Assembly: GCA_003605035.1 (NCBI GenBank) | Contig: QZKJ01000080.1 | Span: 5,177 to 69,176, forward strand | Source of the DNA: Desulfurivibrio sp. | GTDB lineage: Bacteria > Desulfobacterota > Desulfobulbia > Desulfobulbales > SURF-16 | DNA: 64,000 nucleotides | Reading direction: 5' to 3' | Shown here: positions 10,072-20,845 of the stretch, one piece after another | Layout: the number at the start of each line of letters is the position of its first letter | How positions within the stretch are numbered: the first letter of the stretch is position 1 | The notes under the pieces: model-generated | What the model saw: only the letters and a program-made list of their open reading frames with translations | Told to the model about the DNA's origin: nothing | Databases searched by the model: none | Position numbers and translations under genes: made by a program

Positions 10072-10896
10072 ATGCCTGAGCTGCCGGAAGTGGAGGTCAT
10101 CCGCCAGGGGCTCATTCCCCATGTGGTTGGCCGGCAGATCGTTGCCGTCGCCTGCTCGAGCAAGAAGCTGCGGCTGGCCATTCCGCAAAAGGATCTCGGA
10201 CGCTGGCTGAAGGGCGGCAGGATCACGGCCATACAGAGACGGGGTAAATATCTGATTTTTCTGCTGGAAAGCGGCGCCGCCATGATCGTCCATCTCGGCA
10301 TGACGGGCAGGCTGGGGATCTTTCCGGCTACGGCCCCGCCGGCCCTGCATGATCATGTGGTGTTTTCCCTGCCGGAGGGCATGCAGCTGCGCTATAACGA
10401 TATCCGGCGTTTCGGCTTGATCCGGGTGCTGAGCCCGGACCAGTACCGGGAGCATGACCCCTTCCGGGATATGGGTTGTGAACCGTTGGAGCAGGAGTTC
10501 ACCGGCGTCTACCTGAAAAAAATGGCGGCTGGCCGCCTGCAGCCGGTGAAAAATTTCCTCATGGACAACCAGGTGGTGGCCGGCATCGGCAACATCTACG
10601 CCAATGAGATCCTGTTTCATGCCGGCATCCTGCCAGCCACCCCCATCGGCTCCCTGACCCTGGCCAGGTGGGAAAAGGTGGCGGAAAAAACCAGGGAGGT
10701 GCTGTTGCGTGCCATTGCCTGCGGCGGCAGTTCCATCAGTGATTTTGTCAACAGCTCCGGCCAGAAAGGCTACTTCCAGCTGGAGCTGATGGTTTACGGC
10801 CGGGCAGGGGAGGCGTGCAGGCAGTGCGCGGCCACCATCGGCAGACAGGTGATCGGCGGCCGAAGCACCTTTTTCTGCCCCAACTGCCAGAAGTAA
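10072..10896 (+). CDS. mutM: Formamidopyrimidine-DNA glycosylase
   Basis: N-terminal MPELPEVE, the H2TH region, and a C-terminal zinc finger CRQC...CPNCQK. It starts 2 nt after the preceding stop. Confidence 0.93.
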   Translation: MPELPEVEVIRQGLIPHVVGRQIVAVACSSKKLRLAIPQKDLGRWLKGGRITAIQRRGKYLIFLLESGAAMIVHLGMTGRLGIFPATAPPALHDHVVFSLPEGMQLRYNDIRRFGLIRVLSPDQYREHDPFRDMGCEPLEQEFTGVYLKKMAAGRLQPVKNFLMDNQVVAGIGNIYANEILFHAGILPATPIGSLTLARWEKVAEKTREVLLRAIACGGSSISDFVNSSGQKGYFQLELMVYGRAGEACRQCAATIGRQVIGGRSTFFCPNCQK

Positions 10897-10902
10897 AGGA
10901 TT

Positions 10903-12063
10903 TCAGCCTGTCTCCAGGGCGGAGGCGACTAGCTCCGCCGCCTGCTCCAGGGCCGCCGGGCTGAGATGGCGGGTGATGGACAACCGCAGGCGCGCCGTGC
11001 CCTCCGGCACCGTGGGCGGGCGCACGGCGGTGGCGAAAATCCCCTGATCGCGCAGGGACTGGGCGATCCGCAGGGCCCGGCTGCTCGGCCCGATCATGAC
11101 GGGCACGATCTGGGATGGGCCGAGCTTGGTCAGTCCTTTTTCGGCCAGGGCCTGCTTGAAGAAATCCACCCTGCTAAAGAGGTCCTGCCGCAGTTGCGGC
11201 TGCTCTCTGATGATGCTTACCGCGGCCAGCGAGGCGCCGATCACCGCCGGCGGCAGGCCGGTTGAGTAGATAAAGGTTCTGGCCCGGTTGATGAGAAACT
11301 CGATCATCTCTTTTGAGCCGGCGACATAGGCCCCGTAGCTGCCCAGGGCCTTGCCGAAGGTGCCCATGGCCAGGTCCACCCGCTCCGCCACCCTCTCTTC
11401 TTCGCTGATTCCCCCGCCGTTTGCGCCGAAAACCCCGGTGGCATGGGCCTCATCCACCATGAGCAGACAGCCGAATTTCTCCTTGAGCTGCACCAGCTCC
11501 CGCAGAGGGCAGCGGTCGCCGTCCATGGAGTAGAGGGATTCCACCACGATCAGGGCCGTGCCGGTCCCCCGTTTTTTTTGCAGGAGTTCTTCCAGGTGGT
11601 TTAGGTCGTTGTGCAGAAAGCGGAGCAGTTTTGCCCGGGAAAGGGTGCAACCGTCATGGATGCTGGCATGATTTAAGCGGTCGCTGAAGATGACATCGTT
11701 TCTGCCGGCCAGGGCCGGAATCACGCCGGCGTTGGCCAGATAACCCGAGCCGAAGAGCAGGGCCGCCTGCTGGCCTTTGAGCTGCGCCACCGCCTCCTCC
11801 AACTGGTGATAAATGGCCAGGTCGCCGCTCATGAGCCGCGCCGCGCCTGCCCCGCAGCCGGCCTGGGCCAGAAAATGGCTGCTTTGCGCCATCAGGTCCG
11901 GGTGGCGGGAAAGGGCGAGATAGTCATTGGAGGAAAAGTCAAGATAACGACGGCTGGCAGGGCCGGGCGCCAGCAGCTGCCCGTCTGGCCGTCTTTCTAC
12001 CTGCGTCAGCTGGCGGAGCAGATTTTTGTTTTTTTGCCCGGTCAGCCAGTTCTTGATGTCCAT
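10903..12063 (-). CDS. bioF: 8-amino-7-oxononanoate synthase
   Basis: PLP-dependent alpha-oxoamine synthase pattern (FSSNDYLALS, MVDEAHATGVFG, GTFGKALGSYGAY). Adjacent to bioB. Confidence 0.88.
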   Translation of the reverse strand: MDIKNWLTGQKNKNLLRQLTQVERRPDGQLLAPGPASRRYLDFSSNDYLALSRHPDLMAQSSHFLAQAGCGAGAARLMSGDLAIYHQLEEAVAQLKGQQAALLFGSGYLANAGVIPALAGRNDVIFSDRLNHASIHDGCTLSRAKLLRFLHNDLNHLEELLQKKRGTGTALIVVESLYSMDGDRCPLRELVQLKEKFGCLLMVDEAHATGVFGANGGGISEEERVAERVDLAMGTFGKALGSYGAYVAGSKEMIEFLINRARTFIYSTGLPPAVIGASLAAVSIIREQPQLRQDLFSRVDFFKQALAEKGLTKLGPSQIVPVMIGPSSRALRIAQSLRDQGIFATAVRPPTVPEGTARLRLSITRHLSPAALEQAAELVASALETG

Positions 12064-12065
12064 GG

Positions 12066-12986
12066 TTATCGCCAGATTTCGCGGATGGCCTGCACGAACT
12101 GCCGGTCCGCTGCCGCGCTTCTGCCCCGCTGGGTCAGGTAGCCGCCGATCATCATGCCGTCCGCCCCGGCCAGAAAGGCTGAGCTGAGAAAATCGTGCAG
12201 GGCCGATTCCCGTCCTGCCGCCAGCCGCAGGGCGGCATCAGGCAAGATGAGCCGCAAGAGCGCGATGGTCCGCAGAATTTCCGGGGTTGCCAGCGGTTTG
12301 CTGTCGGCCAGCGGGGTGCCGGGCAGGGGAATAAGGATGTTGATTGGCACGGACTTTATTTCCAGCTCAGCCAGGGTCAGGGCCATGGAAATGCGGTCCG
12401 TTTCGCTCTCGCCCAGCCCGATAATGCCGCCGGCGCAGACTTCCAGGCCCGCCTCTTTGGCCGCCTCAATGGTGGCAAGCCGCTCTCCGAAGCTGTGGGT
12501 GGTGACGATTTGCGGGAAAAATTCCCGCGAGGTTTCGAGATTATGGTGATAACGGCTCAGTCCCGCCTGTTTCAGGGTCTGCAGATCCGGCAGGGTGGCG
12601 ATGCCCAGGGAGGCGCAGACGCCGATATCGACCTGGTCTTTGATTGCCGCGATGATTTCGGCGACTTCAGGCAGCAGCCCGCCTGTTATGCCTCTGCCGC
12701 TGGTGACCAGGGAAAAATGGCTGGCGCCATCCTCCCGGGCCTGCCTGGCTGCGGCGATGATCTCTGCCGCGCTTTTCAGCGGATAGACCGGGGTGTCGGT
12801 CTTGAAATGGGCGGATTGGGTGCAGAAACGGCAGTCTTCGCTGCACTGTCCGGATTTGGCATTGATAATGGCGCAGAGGGAAAGGCGTTGGCCCCGCCGG
12901 GCAAGTTTGGTTTCCAGGGCCCGGGCCATCAGCTCCCGGCAGGGCAGGGCGCGCCAGGACTCGATTTGGGCCGGGGAAGGTTTCAT
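12066..12986 (-). CDS. bioB: Biotin synthase
   Basis: Radical SAM motif CSEDCRFCTQS, YHHNLETS, and GGIIGLGES, colinear with BioB. Confidence 0.92.
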   Translation of the reverse strand: MKPSPAQIESWRALPCRELMARALETKLARRGQRLSLCAIINAKSGQCSEDCRFCTQSAHFKTDTPVYPLKSAAEIIAAARQAREDGASHFSLVTSGRGITGGLLPEVAEIIAAIKDQVDIGVCASLGIATLPDLQTLKQAGLSRYHHNLETSREFFPQIVTTHSFGERLATIEAAKEAGLEVCAGGIIGLGESETDRISMALTLAELEIKSVPINILIPLPGTPLADSKPLATPEILRTIALLRLILPDAALRLAAGRESALHDFLSSAFLAGADGMMIGGYLTQRGRSAAADRQFVQAIREIWR

Positions 12987-14314
12987 TTGCGCTTCCTCAG
13001 ACCGAACACCCCTCCCTTGCTTTTTTCCCGCGGAAAGGCCGGGGTCCGTCCACTGCGCCGCGGGGCCTGCCTGGGGTGGCGCACTTTCTTTTCCGGCACG
13101 GGCAGCTCGACCACTTCAGCCGTCTCTCCGCCGGCCGCTTCCCGGTAAATCATATAAAATTGGGAGTTCTCGCGAAAATAACTTTTTTTTCTCAGCCAGG
13201 AGGGCCAGTTGCCGTCGCTTTCATGGGCCGCGAACAGGTTCAGACGGGCGAGCAGGTCGGCGATATACTCTTTGGTTGCCTTTTTGATATTGAGATGATC
13301 GAGGTTGGTATCCAGATCGATTTTAATCCGGCGCGACAATGCATGCAGTTTGCCGCTTTTCAGCTGCTCCTGCATTTCTGGAAAATTCCGCTGGGCCCAG
13401 GGGATGAGAAAGAGGCCCAGCAGGAATGGCTCGGATAAAGGCTTGCTGCTGCCTTGTATTCGCTCAATCACGGCAAAAATTCGGGCAAGCAGCTCCTGGC
13501 GCTCAGAGTCTTTGCCATCGAATACCCCCTGATAAAAGGGAAACAGCACATGGAAAACGCCGCTGTCCAGTAAAAGCTGCAGCCACTGACGGTTGGCGCC
13601 GCCGCGCAGATCCTTCAGCAGTTCATCGCGGATGCGTGATACCGGGCAGAGTTGCAGCTTGTCCCGGTGGCTGATGATGGCCTGCCAGGTTTTTTCTTCA
13701 ATGGTAAAGCCGATGCGCGCCGCATGGCGGATGGCCCGCATGATCCGCACCGGATCCCGGTTGATTCTCTTATCCGGGTCGCCGACCATGCGGATGATGC
13801 GGTTGTTGAGATCCGCCACCCCGCCGGTATAATCAATGATGGTTTCGTTTTCGATATCGTAAAACAGCGAGTTTATGGTCAGGTCCCGGCGAAAGGCGTC
13901 GTCCGCCTCGGTGCCGAAGGTATTGTTGGCGGCCAGCACATTGACTTCGCCATCGATGTCATATTCGCTGCGGCAGCGGAAGGTGGAGACTTCAATAATC
14001 TTGTTGTCAGGGAAAAAGATCTGCACCAGCCGGAAGCGTCGGCCGATTGTCCGGCTGTTGCGGAACAGTTTGCGGATCTGCCCCGGTCTGGCATCGGTGC
14101 TGATGTCAAAATCCTTGGGCGTCTTGCCCAGATAGAGATCACGGACACCCCCACCCACCAGATACGCGCTGTGCCGCTCTTTATGCAGCAGCGTAAGCAC
14201 CTTCAAGGCGTCGCGGTCAATTTCCCTGCTGGAGACGGAATGGGCTGCTCGGGGAATGATAAGTGGTTCTGGCTCTGCGGCGGTAACGGGAATTGTCTGT
14301 GTGCTTTGTACCAT
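12983..14314 (-). CDS. pcnB: Poly(A) polymerase / tRNA nucleotidyltransferase family protein (PcnB-type)
   Basis: LVGGGVRDLYLGKTPKDFDIST, RLVQIFF, EVSTFR, RRDLTINSLFYD, and a basic C-terminal tail. I cannot separate poly(A) polymerase from CCA-adding specificity by eye. Confidence 0.8.
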   Translation of the reverse strand: MVQSTQTIPVTAAEPEPLIIPRAAHSVSSREIDRDALKVLTLLHKERHSAYLVGGGVRDLYLGKTPKDFDISTDARPGQIRKLFRNSRTIGRRFRLVQIFFPDNKIIEVSTFRCRSEYDIDGEVNVLAANNTFGTEADDAFRRDLTINSLFYDIENETIIDYTGGVADLNNRIIRMVGDPDKRINRDPVRIMRAIRHAARIGFTIEEKTWQAIISHRDKLQLCPVSRIRDELLKDLRGGANRQWLQLLLDSGVFHVLFPFYQGVFDGKDSERQELLARIFAVIERIQGSSKPLSEPFLLGLFLIPWAQRNFPEMQEQLKSGKLHALSRRIKIDLDTNLDHLNIKKATKEYIADLLARLNLFAAHESDGNWPSWLRKKSYFRENSQFYMIYREAAGGETAEVVELPVPEKKVRHPRQAPRRSGRTPAFPREKSKGGVFGLRKRK

Positions 14315-14588
14315 GTCTCTGTAAACTATGGTTGAACTATGGGAAAACGAATTGGATCCACTGCTGCGTCCTGCGTATCAATGCGGAATTACGCGCGGAA
14401 TCAGGCTGCGGGTTTTACATTTCTACCGGGATCTTGCCTGGCGGATTTTAGTAATTGTTCTGTAATTTTTTTGCGACTATGCCTTTCTTGCCATGGTTTG
14501 TCAAGAGAAGCGTTGTCTTTGTTCCCTTATTTATGTTACTTTCAGCCTATGCAAATCTGTAGCGTCAACTGCAAACCGGACAAATTTG

Positions 14589-15185
14589 ATGGTGAGATAT
14601 AAAGAAATTCATCCCGGGTCCATTGTTTTTGATTTCGACTGTGTGGTCGCCGATACCATGGAGGCTTTTAGCCGGCTGGCCATGGCTGATTATGGCATCC
14701 TGGTGCGGTCTGAGGATATCACCTCCTTTGCGGTTGAGCAATGTCTTGACGTTTCGCCGCGCATCGTCGAGGAGATTTTCAGTCGACTTCTGCTGGCACC
14801 GCTGGAAAATAATCTCAAACCCATGCCCCATGCCGTAACCGTATTGACCGACATTGCTGCCTGTGCGCCGCTGACCTTTATCACGGCCCGGCCTGACCGG
14901 GAACCTGTTGACCGCTGGCTGGCCCATATTTTCCCTGCCGATGTCTACGCCAAATCCCGCCTGGTTGCCATGGGTAACCATGATGGCAAAGCAGCCTATG
15001 TCAGAGAGCTGGGCCTGCAATATTTTGTCGATGACCGGCTGGAAACCTGCGTTGAGCTGGCTGAGGCCGGTATATCTCCCATCGTCTTTGCCCATCCCTG
15101 GAACCGGGGGCGCCACTCTTTCCCCTCCATAGACAGCTGGCTCGGCATCAAACAGTGGATACATTTATATGACTGCAGCACCTGA
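14589..15185 (+). CDS. HAD-superfamily hydrolase, NT5C-like 5'(3')-nucleotidase (putative)
   Basis: DxD-type motif [26 protein letters not shown], and IVFAHPWN. The start is moved to ATG 14589 (MVRYKE), because the upstream part of the track ORF looks non-coding. Confidence 0.6.
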   Translation: MVRYKEIHPGSIVFDFDCVVADTMEAFSRLAMADYGILVRSEDITSFAVEQCLDVSPRIVEEIFSRLLLAPLENNLKPMPHAVTVLTDIAACAPLTFITARPDREPVDRWLAHIFPADVYAKSRLVAMGNHDGKAAYVRELGLQYFVDDRLETCVELAEAGISPIVFAHPWNRGRHSFPSIDSWLGIKQWIHLYDCST

Positions 15186-15609
15186 CGACACCACCCGCCG
15201 AAATCCCGTGCCCACCGTTGATATCATCATTGAAATCGGCGGCGGCATAGTCCTGATCAAACGCCGAAACCCGCCGTATGGCTGGGCAATACCCGGCGGT
15301 TTTGTTGATTACGGAGAAACTCTGGAAACGGCTGCTGTACGCGAAGCAAAGGAGGAAACCGGCCTGGATGTCACCCTGGTCTGTCAGATGCACAGCTACT
15401 CGGACCCCGGTCGCGACCCCCGCCTGCATACCATTTCCACGGTTTTTATCGCCCGCGCCGCGGGTACGCCCCATGCCGCCGACGATGCGGTGGAGGTCGG
15501 CATTTTCACCAGGGACAAGCTGCCAGCGCTTGCTTTCGACCATGCACAAATTCTTGCTGATTATTTCAAGTTTTTACCCGACGCGGGCAATCTTCCGCTC
15601 TGTTTCTGA
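15169..15609 (+). CDS. NUDIX hydrolase
   Basis: Nudix box [26 protein letters not shown]. Confidence 0.88.
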   Translation: MTAAPDDTTRRNPVPTVDIIIEIGGGIVLIKRRNPPYGWAIPGGFVDYGETLETAAVREAKEETGLDVTLVCQMHSYSDPGRDPRLHTISTVFIARAAGTPHAADDAVEVGIFTRDKLPALAFDHAQILADYFKFLPDAGNLPLCF

Positions 15610-15780
15610 TCCGCTTTCCTGCCTTGCCTTGTTTGGCTTTGTCGCATTTTGACCACCCTTTCACCCCGCTACCTGCCGGGGGGCTAAAATTTTCGCTAAT
15701 TCTTTTATTTAAAGTTGTTTTTACTCCTTGTCTCTGGTATATATTTTTTTTTCTAAATTGGCTAAGGAGGATTAAGTTTA

Positions 15781-17496
15781 ATGGGAAACAGTGTAACAGA
15801 AACCAAGCAACACGATGACTATCAGGCCATCGAAGAAGGGATGAGCTTTGCGGAGCTCTTCAATGACGAGCAATTAAATGTAGCAAATGTGGGGGATGTC
15901 GTACAGGGTACGATAATTGATGTGAGCGATAATTTCGCTGTAATCGACATCGGCGATAAGTCGGAAAGTGAAATACCTTTGAGTGAGTTTAAAAGCGAAG
16001 GCGCTGATGTTGAGGTCAAGGTTGGCGATGTTTTTGATGTGTATGTTGAAAAACGTGAAGCCGAAGGCGGATTGCGCTTGTCCCGTGAAAAGGCCATCGG
16101 CATCAAGGTCTGGGAAGATATTGCCAATATACAGGAGGCGGATGGCACCATACAGGGTCGCATCGAGAGCCGCGTGAAAGGCGGTCTTTCGGTTGATATC
16201 GGCGTACCGGCCTTTTTGCCCTATTCGCAGATTGATCTGCGTCCCGTCAAGGATCTTGATAACATGATAGGGCAGACCTATGATTTCAAGATTCTCAAGT
16301 TTAACCGTAAACGCAACAATGTTGTTATTTCACGCCGGGCAATTCTTGAAGCCGAACGGCAGAAGCTCCGTCAGGAAATGCGTTCCTCTCTTGAGGAAGG
16401 CGCTGTCGTTACCGGCTCTATTACCAATATAACCGATTATGGTGTGTTCATTGATCTTGGCGGTCTTGACGGGCTTTGTCATATTACCGACCTTTCCTGG
16501 GGACGTGTTTCCCATCCTTCCAAACTTTTCAAGGTTGGCCAGGAGATCGAGGTAAAGGTCCTCAAATACGACAAGGAAACCGATAAGGTCTCCCTCGGGG
16601 TCAAACAGCTCAAATCCGATCCCTGGTCGACGGTTGAACAGAAATACCCGATCGGCTCCCGGGCCATCGGTAAAGTTGTCAGCATCACTGATTACGGTGT
16701 TTTTGCCGAACTCGAGGAAGGGGTTGAAGGTCTGGTCCATGTCTCTGAGATGTCCTGGTCCAAGAAAACACGTCATCCTTCAAAAATCGTCTCTGTCGGC
16801 GACGAGATTGAAGTTTCCATTCTCAATATCGATGTTGACGCCAAGCGCATCTCCCTGGGCATGAAGCAATTGCAGCCCAATCCCTGGGATCTGGTGACCG
16901 AGAACTATCCGGTTGGTTCGATTATTGAAGGTAAAATCAAGAATATTACCGATTTTGGTATATTTATCGGCATCGAAGAGGGCATCGACGGCCTTATTCA
17001 TGTGTCTGACCTGTCCTGGACGGAACGGATCAAGCATCCCTCTGAAAAGTTCTCCAAAGGACAGACCATCCAGGCCGTGGTGCTGAAAATCGACCGCGAG
17101 AATGAAAGATTCTCCCTTGGCATCAAACAGCTGACGCCTGATCCCTGGCAGCAGACCATTGAGAAATATCCTGTTGGCGCGGTGGTCACCGGTAAAATCA
17201 CCAATGTTACCGATTTTGGCATCTTTGTCGAGGTAGAGGAAGGCATTGAAGGTCTTGTTCATGTTTCTGAGATCAGCAAGGAGAAAATCAATACGCCAGT
17301 CGGCATGTACAATGTAGGTGATACCCTGGAAACAAAGGTTATCAGTGTATCTGCCAAGGACAGGAAGATCGGTTTATCCATCAAGGCCATGAGTGATGAC
17401 AGTGGCGAGATGAAACTTGAGGAGTACAAGAAACAACAGGCTTCTTCAGGTCCTTCAACTCTTGGTGACTTGTTGAAAGAAGAGTTTGGCAAATAG
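15781..17496 (+). CDS. rpsA: 30S ribosomal protein S1
   Basis: 571 aa with six recognisable S1 repeats (e.g. GSITNITDYGVFIDLGGLDGLCHITD, GKVVSITDYGVFAELEEGVEGLVHVSE). Strong SD aaggagg lies upstream of the ATG. Confidence 0.95.
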   Translation: MGNSVTETKQHDDYQAIEEGMSFAELFNDEQLNVANVGDVVQGTIIDVSDNFAVIDIGDKSESEIPLSEFKSEGADVEVKVGDVFDVYVEKREAEGGLRLSREKAIGIKVWEDIANIQEADGTIQGRIESRVKGGLSVDIGVPAFLPYSQIDLRPVKDLDNMIGQTYDFKILKFNRKRNNVVISRRAILEAERQKLRQEMRSSLEEGAVVTGSITNITDYGVFIDLGGLDGLCHITDLSWGRVSHPSKLFKVGQEIEVKVLKYDKETDKVSLGVKQLKSDPWSTVEQKYPIGSRAIGKVVSITDYGVFAELEEGVEGLVHVSEMSWSKKTRHPSKIVSVGDEIEVSILNIDVDAKRISLGMKQLQPNPWDLVTENYPVGSIIEGKIKNITDFGIFIGIEEGIDGLIHVSDLSWTERIKHPSEKFSKGQTIQAVVLKIDRENERFSLGIKQLTPDPWQQTIEKYPVGAVVTGKITNVTDFGIFVEVEEGIEGLVHVSEISKEKINTPVGMYNVGDTLETKVISVSAKDRKIGLSIKAMSDDSGEMKLEEYKKQQASSGPSTLGDLLKEEFGK

Positions 17497-17537
17497 GAAG
17501 ACGCTGACCCGCTTATATTAAGCTAAAGCATCTTGAT

Positions 17538-18449
17538 ATGTCGCAAGAAAGGTTATTCCGCCAAAGACATCCACTCCTCACGGGTTTTTTTATCCTTGGG
17601 GTGCTGCTCATGTTTTTCGGTTTCGGAATAACCTTTTTTGTTGTCAGCATGGGCCGTCAGGCGGGCACATCGCATTTTCTGGTGACAGATAATGAAACCG
17701 TCGGCATTATTCAATTAAAAGGCCTGATCTCCGACGCCGACAAGATTCTCGATCAGCTTCTGCAGTTCCGCCAGTTAAAATCGGTTAAGGCGGTGGTGGT
17801 GCGTATTGACAGTCCCGGTGGGGCTGTGGGCGCCTCTCAGGAAATATTCAGCGAAATAGCGCGTTTGAACAAGGTGAAGCCTGTTGTCGCGTCCATGGGT
17901 TCAGTTGCCGCTTCAGGTGGTTATTATGCCGCTCTGGGGGCGGGCAAGATAGTGGCGAGCCCAGGTACGTTGACCGGCAGCATGGGTGTTATCTTCAAAT
18001 TCCCGAATCTCGAGAAAATTTTTCAGAAAATTGGCTATAAGGATGAGGTGATTAAAAGCGGGGAGTTAAAGGATATCGGTTCACCCAGCCGGCCATTAAC
18101 AGCTGAAGAACGTGCGTTGCTGCAGGACCTGCTTGATGAAGTCCATGAGCAGTTTATCCGGGATATTGCCCAAAGCCGGAATTTGCCGGCAGAGGATGTC
18201 AGAAAAGTGGCAGACGGGCGGATATTTTCCGGGGAGACCGCCAAAAAACTCGGTTTGATTGATCAGCTCGGTAATTTTAATGATGCGGTATCTCTGGCAG
18301 CCAGCCTTGCCGGCATGGAATCCGATACCCCGACCCTTGTCTATCCTGAGGATGATGATCTCTCACTTTTCAAAATGTTGGCAGAGCAGAACGCATCCTC
18401 GCTTTTGCGGGGGTTGATCTCCCGAAATCCTATTCTTTCCTTTGAGTAA
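17538..18449 (+). CDS. sppA: Signal peptide peptidase SppA, 36K type
   Basis: N-terminal TM segment, VVVRIDSPGGAVGAS, VASMGSVAASGGYY, and GSMGV. Confidence 0.9.
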   Translation: MSQERLFRQRHPLLTGFFILGVLLMFFGFGITFFVVSMGRQAGTSHFLVTDNETVGIIQLKGLISDADKILDQLLQFRQLKSVKAVVVRIDSPGGAVGASQEIFSEIARLNKVKPVVASMGSVAASGGYYAALGAGKIVASPGTLTGSMGVIFKFPNLEKIFQKIGYKDEVIKSGELKDIGSPSRPLTAEERALLQDLLDEVHEQFIRDIAQSRNLPAEDVRKVADGRIFSGETAKKLGLIDQLGNFNDAVSLAASLAGMESDTPTLVYPEDDDLSLFKMLAEQNASSLLRGLISRNPILSFE

Positions 18450-18552
18450 GTTGCCTTGTTTTTTTGTTGGCGGAGATAATGTGATCTGCGTTTTCTGTGC
18501 GCAATTCTTTTAATGATAAACAGTATTTAGAATCTCATAGTAGGATAATATA

Positions 18553-18852
18553 ATGCTTAAGCGTGATTTGGTTAATGCAGTTTCCGATAAGATTGATGGC
18601 CATTTGAAAAAGGATATCAGCCAGGCAATAGATATAATTCTTGAGTCCATAACTGAGGCATTGGCCGAGGACCGGCGGGTGGAAATCAGGGGGTTTGGCA
18701 GCCTCTGTGTTCGCATGCGAAAGTCCCGTTCCACCAAGAATCCGCGAACTTCCAAAATGATGCATATCCCGGCAAGAAAAACGGTGCATTTCACCATGAG
18801 TAAATCGATTAAAGACCCCCTGGTGAAAAACGACACGGAAAATGATGAATAA
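18553..18852 (+). CDS. ihfB: Integration host factor beta / HU-family DNA-binding protein
   Basis: RVEIRGFGSLCVRMRKSRSTKNPRTSKMMHIPARKTVHF matches the IHF/HU beta-arm pattern. The rpsA-...-ihfB neighbourhood resembles that of enterobacteria. Confidence 0.82.
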   Translation: MLKRDLVNAVSDKIDGHLKKDISQAIDIILESITEALAEDRRVEIRGFGSLCVRMRKSRSTKNPRTSKMMHIPARKTVHFTMSKSIKDPLVKNDTENDE

Positions 18853-18869
18853 GTATTTTCCCTGCCGTG

Positions 18870-19481
18870 CTAAAGAAAATCGGAGATGTCACCTTTACCC
18901 GCCCGAATGATCACAACCTCCTCGCCTATGAGCGATATGACGCTTGAAGGCGCCGGAGTGATTGGTTCACCATCAATAATAAGGTCAATCTGATTTCCCA
19001 GTCGTTCCTCAACTTCAAAAGCCTCAGAAAGATAGATATCCTCTTCGATTGTTGCGCTGGTTGTCAGTATCGGGTTGCCCAGGGTGTCGACAATCTGTTG
19101 GCATATTTTATTTTCCGGGACCCTGATGCCGACAGTCTTTTGTTTGCTCATCATGATCTTCGGGACAATTTTCATGGCTGGCAGGACAAAGGTGTACGGC
19201 CCGGGCAGACATTTTTTCATCAGTCGGTAGGCCGAATTGGAAAGGTAGCAATACAGGCTGACGTCCTTCAGATTGCTGCAGATAAAGCTGAAGGGTTTGC
19301 TTTTGTCCCGTCTTTTTATCTGATAGATTCTTTTTACGGCCTTCTGATTGAAAATATCACACCCGATGCCATACATTGTATCAGTAGGGTAGGCAATAAT
19401 TGCCCCCTGACGCAGCGCAGCCACGACCTGGTCAATAAGTCGCTGCTGCGGATTATGCGGATTGATCTGTAATATTCTCAT
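18870..19481 (-). CDS. tsaC: L-threonylcarbamoyladenylate synthase (YrdC/Sua5 family, short form)
   Basis: 203 aa with IIAYPTDTMYGIGCD, KRRDKSKPFSF, LPGPYTFVL, VGIRVP, and LTTSA. Confidence 0.86.
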   Translation of the reverse strand: MRILQINPHNPQQRLIDQVVAALRQGAIIAYPTDTMYGIGCDIFNQKAVKRIYQIKRRDKSKPFSFICSNLKDVSLYCYLSNSAYRLMKKCLPGPYTFVLPAMKIVPKIMMSKQKTVGIRVPENKICQQIVDTLGNPILTTSATIEEDIYLSEAFEVEERLGNQIDLIIDGEPITPAPSSVISLIGEEVVIIRAGKGDISDFL

Positions 19482-19842
19482 CTTTCAGCCTGCCGGATCA
19501 TCCCTGCTTGCTTCAGCCTGCTTCATTCACCCAAAGCACGCCATCCCAGTTGGTTTTTTTGAAACATTAGTGCCGCTTATTTACTCATAATACTGCATTA
19601 TAGCACATTTTTTTTTCAACTTGCCGTAATTCTTCAGTTTCCGCAGGCGTTACGGATAAAGAGTTCGTGCACCGACCAAGTGATTTCAGCCTGTCTGGAA
19701 ATTTTCTGTGGTAGTTTGCGGCAGGATGAACGAGCCGTAGCAATGGCTATTGATTTTATCCAGCTCGGGAGGTTAGTTAGTTGCCTGAAAATGGCAGAAA
19801 TGAAGAAATTGTACTGTCTTGTCATGCAAGAGTAACGAAATT

Positions 19843-20232
19843 TTAGTTCGCAAGGATATCTTTTACTATTTCCCGTACTTGCGGGTCAGGGTCATCAAGC
19901 AATCTGCGCAGTGGTTTTTTAGCCTCCTCTGTGCCGATTATGCCGAGAAGAGTTGCCGCATCTCCCCGCATATAAGGTGTTTTTTCTGCAAGAACGGGGA
20001 GCAGGGAGGCTATGGCCAGGGGAACATCGTCTTTACGGTTTTCGGCCAGCTGCTCAAAGAGGACCGCCATGCCCATCCTGACCATAAAACGTTCGTCTTT
20101 GATGAGTTCGCCTGTCAATTGATAATACTCTTTCTCCTGCTTGAACATGGCAACGATGTTTTCTATATGGCCCATTTCAATAAAATCGGCTATGGTCTTA
20201 ATAAGATCTTGCTTACTGATTGCATCCATCAC
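19843..20232 (-). CDS. Small HEAT-repeat protein (hypothetical)
   Basis: 129 aa, helical, with HEAT-like repeats (DERFMVRMGMAVLFEQL, PYMRGDAATLLGIIG, DPDPQVREIVKDIL). Function unknown. Confidence 0.55.
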   Translation of the reverse strand: MMDAISKQDLIKTIADFIEMGHIENIVAMFKQEKEYYQLTGELIKDERFMVRMGMAVLFEQLAENRKDDVPLAIASLLPVLAEKTPYMRGDAATLLGIIGTEEAKKPLRRLLDDPDPQVREIVKDILAN

Positions 20233-20399
20233 GCTTATTCCTTCAGATATGTTTTTCTTATTTAATTACTTACAGTTAATCAATTTCGCTGCCAAGTTCA
20301 ATGGCTTTTCGGCAGTTTAAGCCGCGGGGGATGTTTTTTAGTCATTTTGCGCAAATTTACTTCATTTGCCTTTTTTAATTTTTACTTCGAGGTAACAGT

Positions 20400-20840
20400 A
20401 TGTACTCAAGAATTTATGTTTTACGATTCCCTAAAGAGACGAGTGATAAACCGATTATCTGCAAACTTGTTCAGAAATACGGGGTCGAGTTTAATATACT
20501 GAAGGCGACTATTCTTCCTCAGCATGAAGGATTGATGGTTCTTGAACTTCTTGGCCATAAGCAGCATGTGCGCGATGCCCTGGATTATTTGAAAGGCTTT
20601 GGCGTCAGCATCGAATCATTGTCCACGATTATTCGCCGAGACGATGACAAATGCTTTCAATGCGGCGCCTGTACCGGAATTTGTCCGACCCAGGCCCTGT
20701 ACATCAGCCGGCCTGATATGGCGGTGCTGTTTGATCCTGATAAGTGCACGGGGTGCGGATTATGCGTAACCGCCTGCCCGGTTCGCGCCATGGAGGTTTC
20801 GCTGCAGCAGACGGTCAATTCCTTCGCGCATTCAGAATAA
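20400..20840 (+). CDS. NIL-domain protein fused to a 2x[4Fe-4S] ferredoxin domain
   Basis: N-terminal NIL-like fold (PIICKLVQKYGVEFNILKATI...MVLEL), then CFQCGACTGICP and CTGCGLCVTACP. Confidence 0.8.
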   Translation: MYSRIYVLRFPKETSDKPIICKLVQKYGVEFNILKATILPQHEGLMVLELLGHKQHVRDALDYLKGFGVSIESLSTIIRRDDDKCFQCGACTGICPTQALYISRPDMAVLFDPDKCTGCGLCVTACPVRAMEVSLQQTVNSFAHSE

Positions 20841-20845
20841 AATCG

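Noticed and set aside
19482-19842. 360-nt non-coding gap with a 63-aa minus-strand ORF (19634-19825)
   Set aside because: The ORF has no SD, no recognisable motif and odd composition. I found no tRNA-like or strongly structured element. It is most simply the promoter or terminator space between tsaC and the HEAT-repeat gene.
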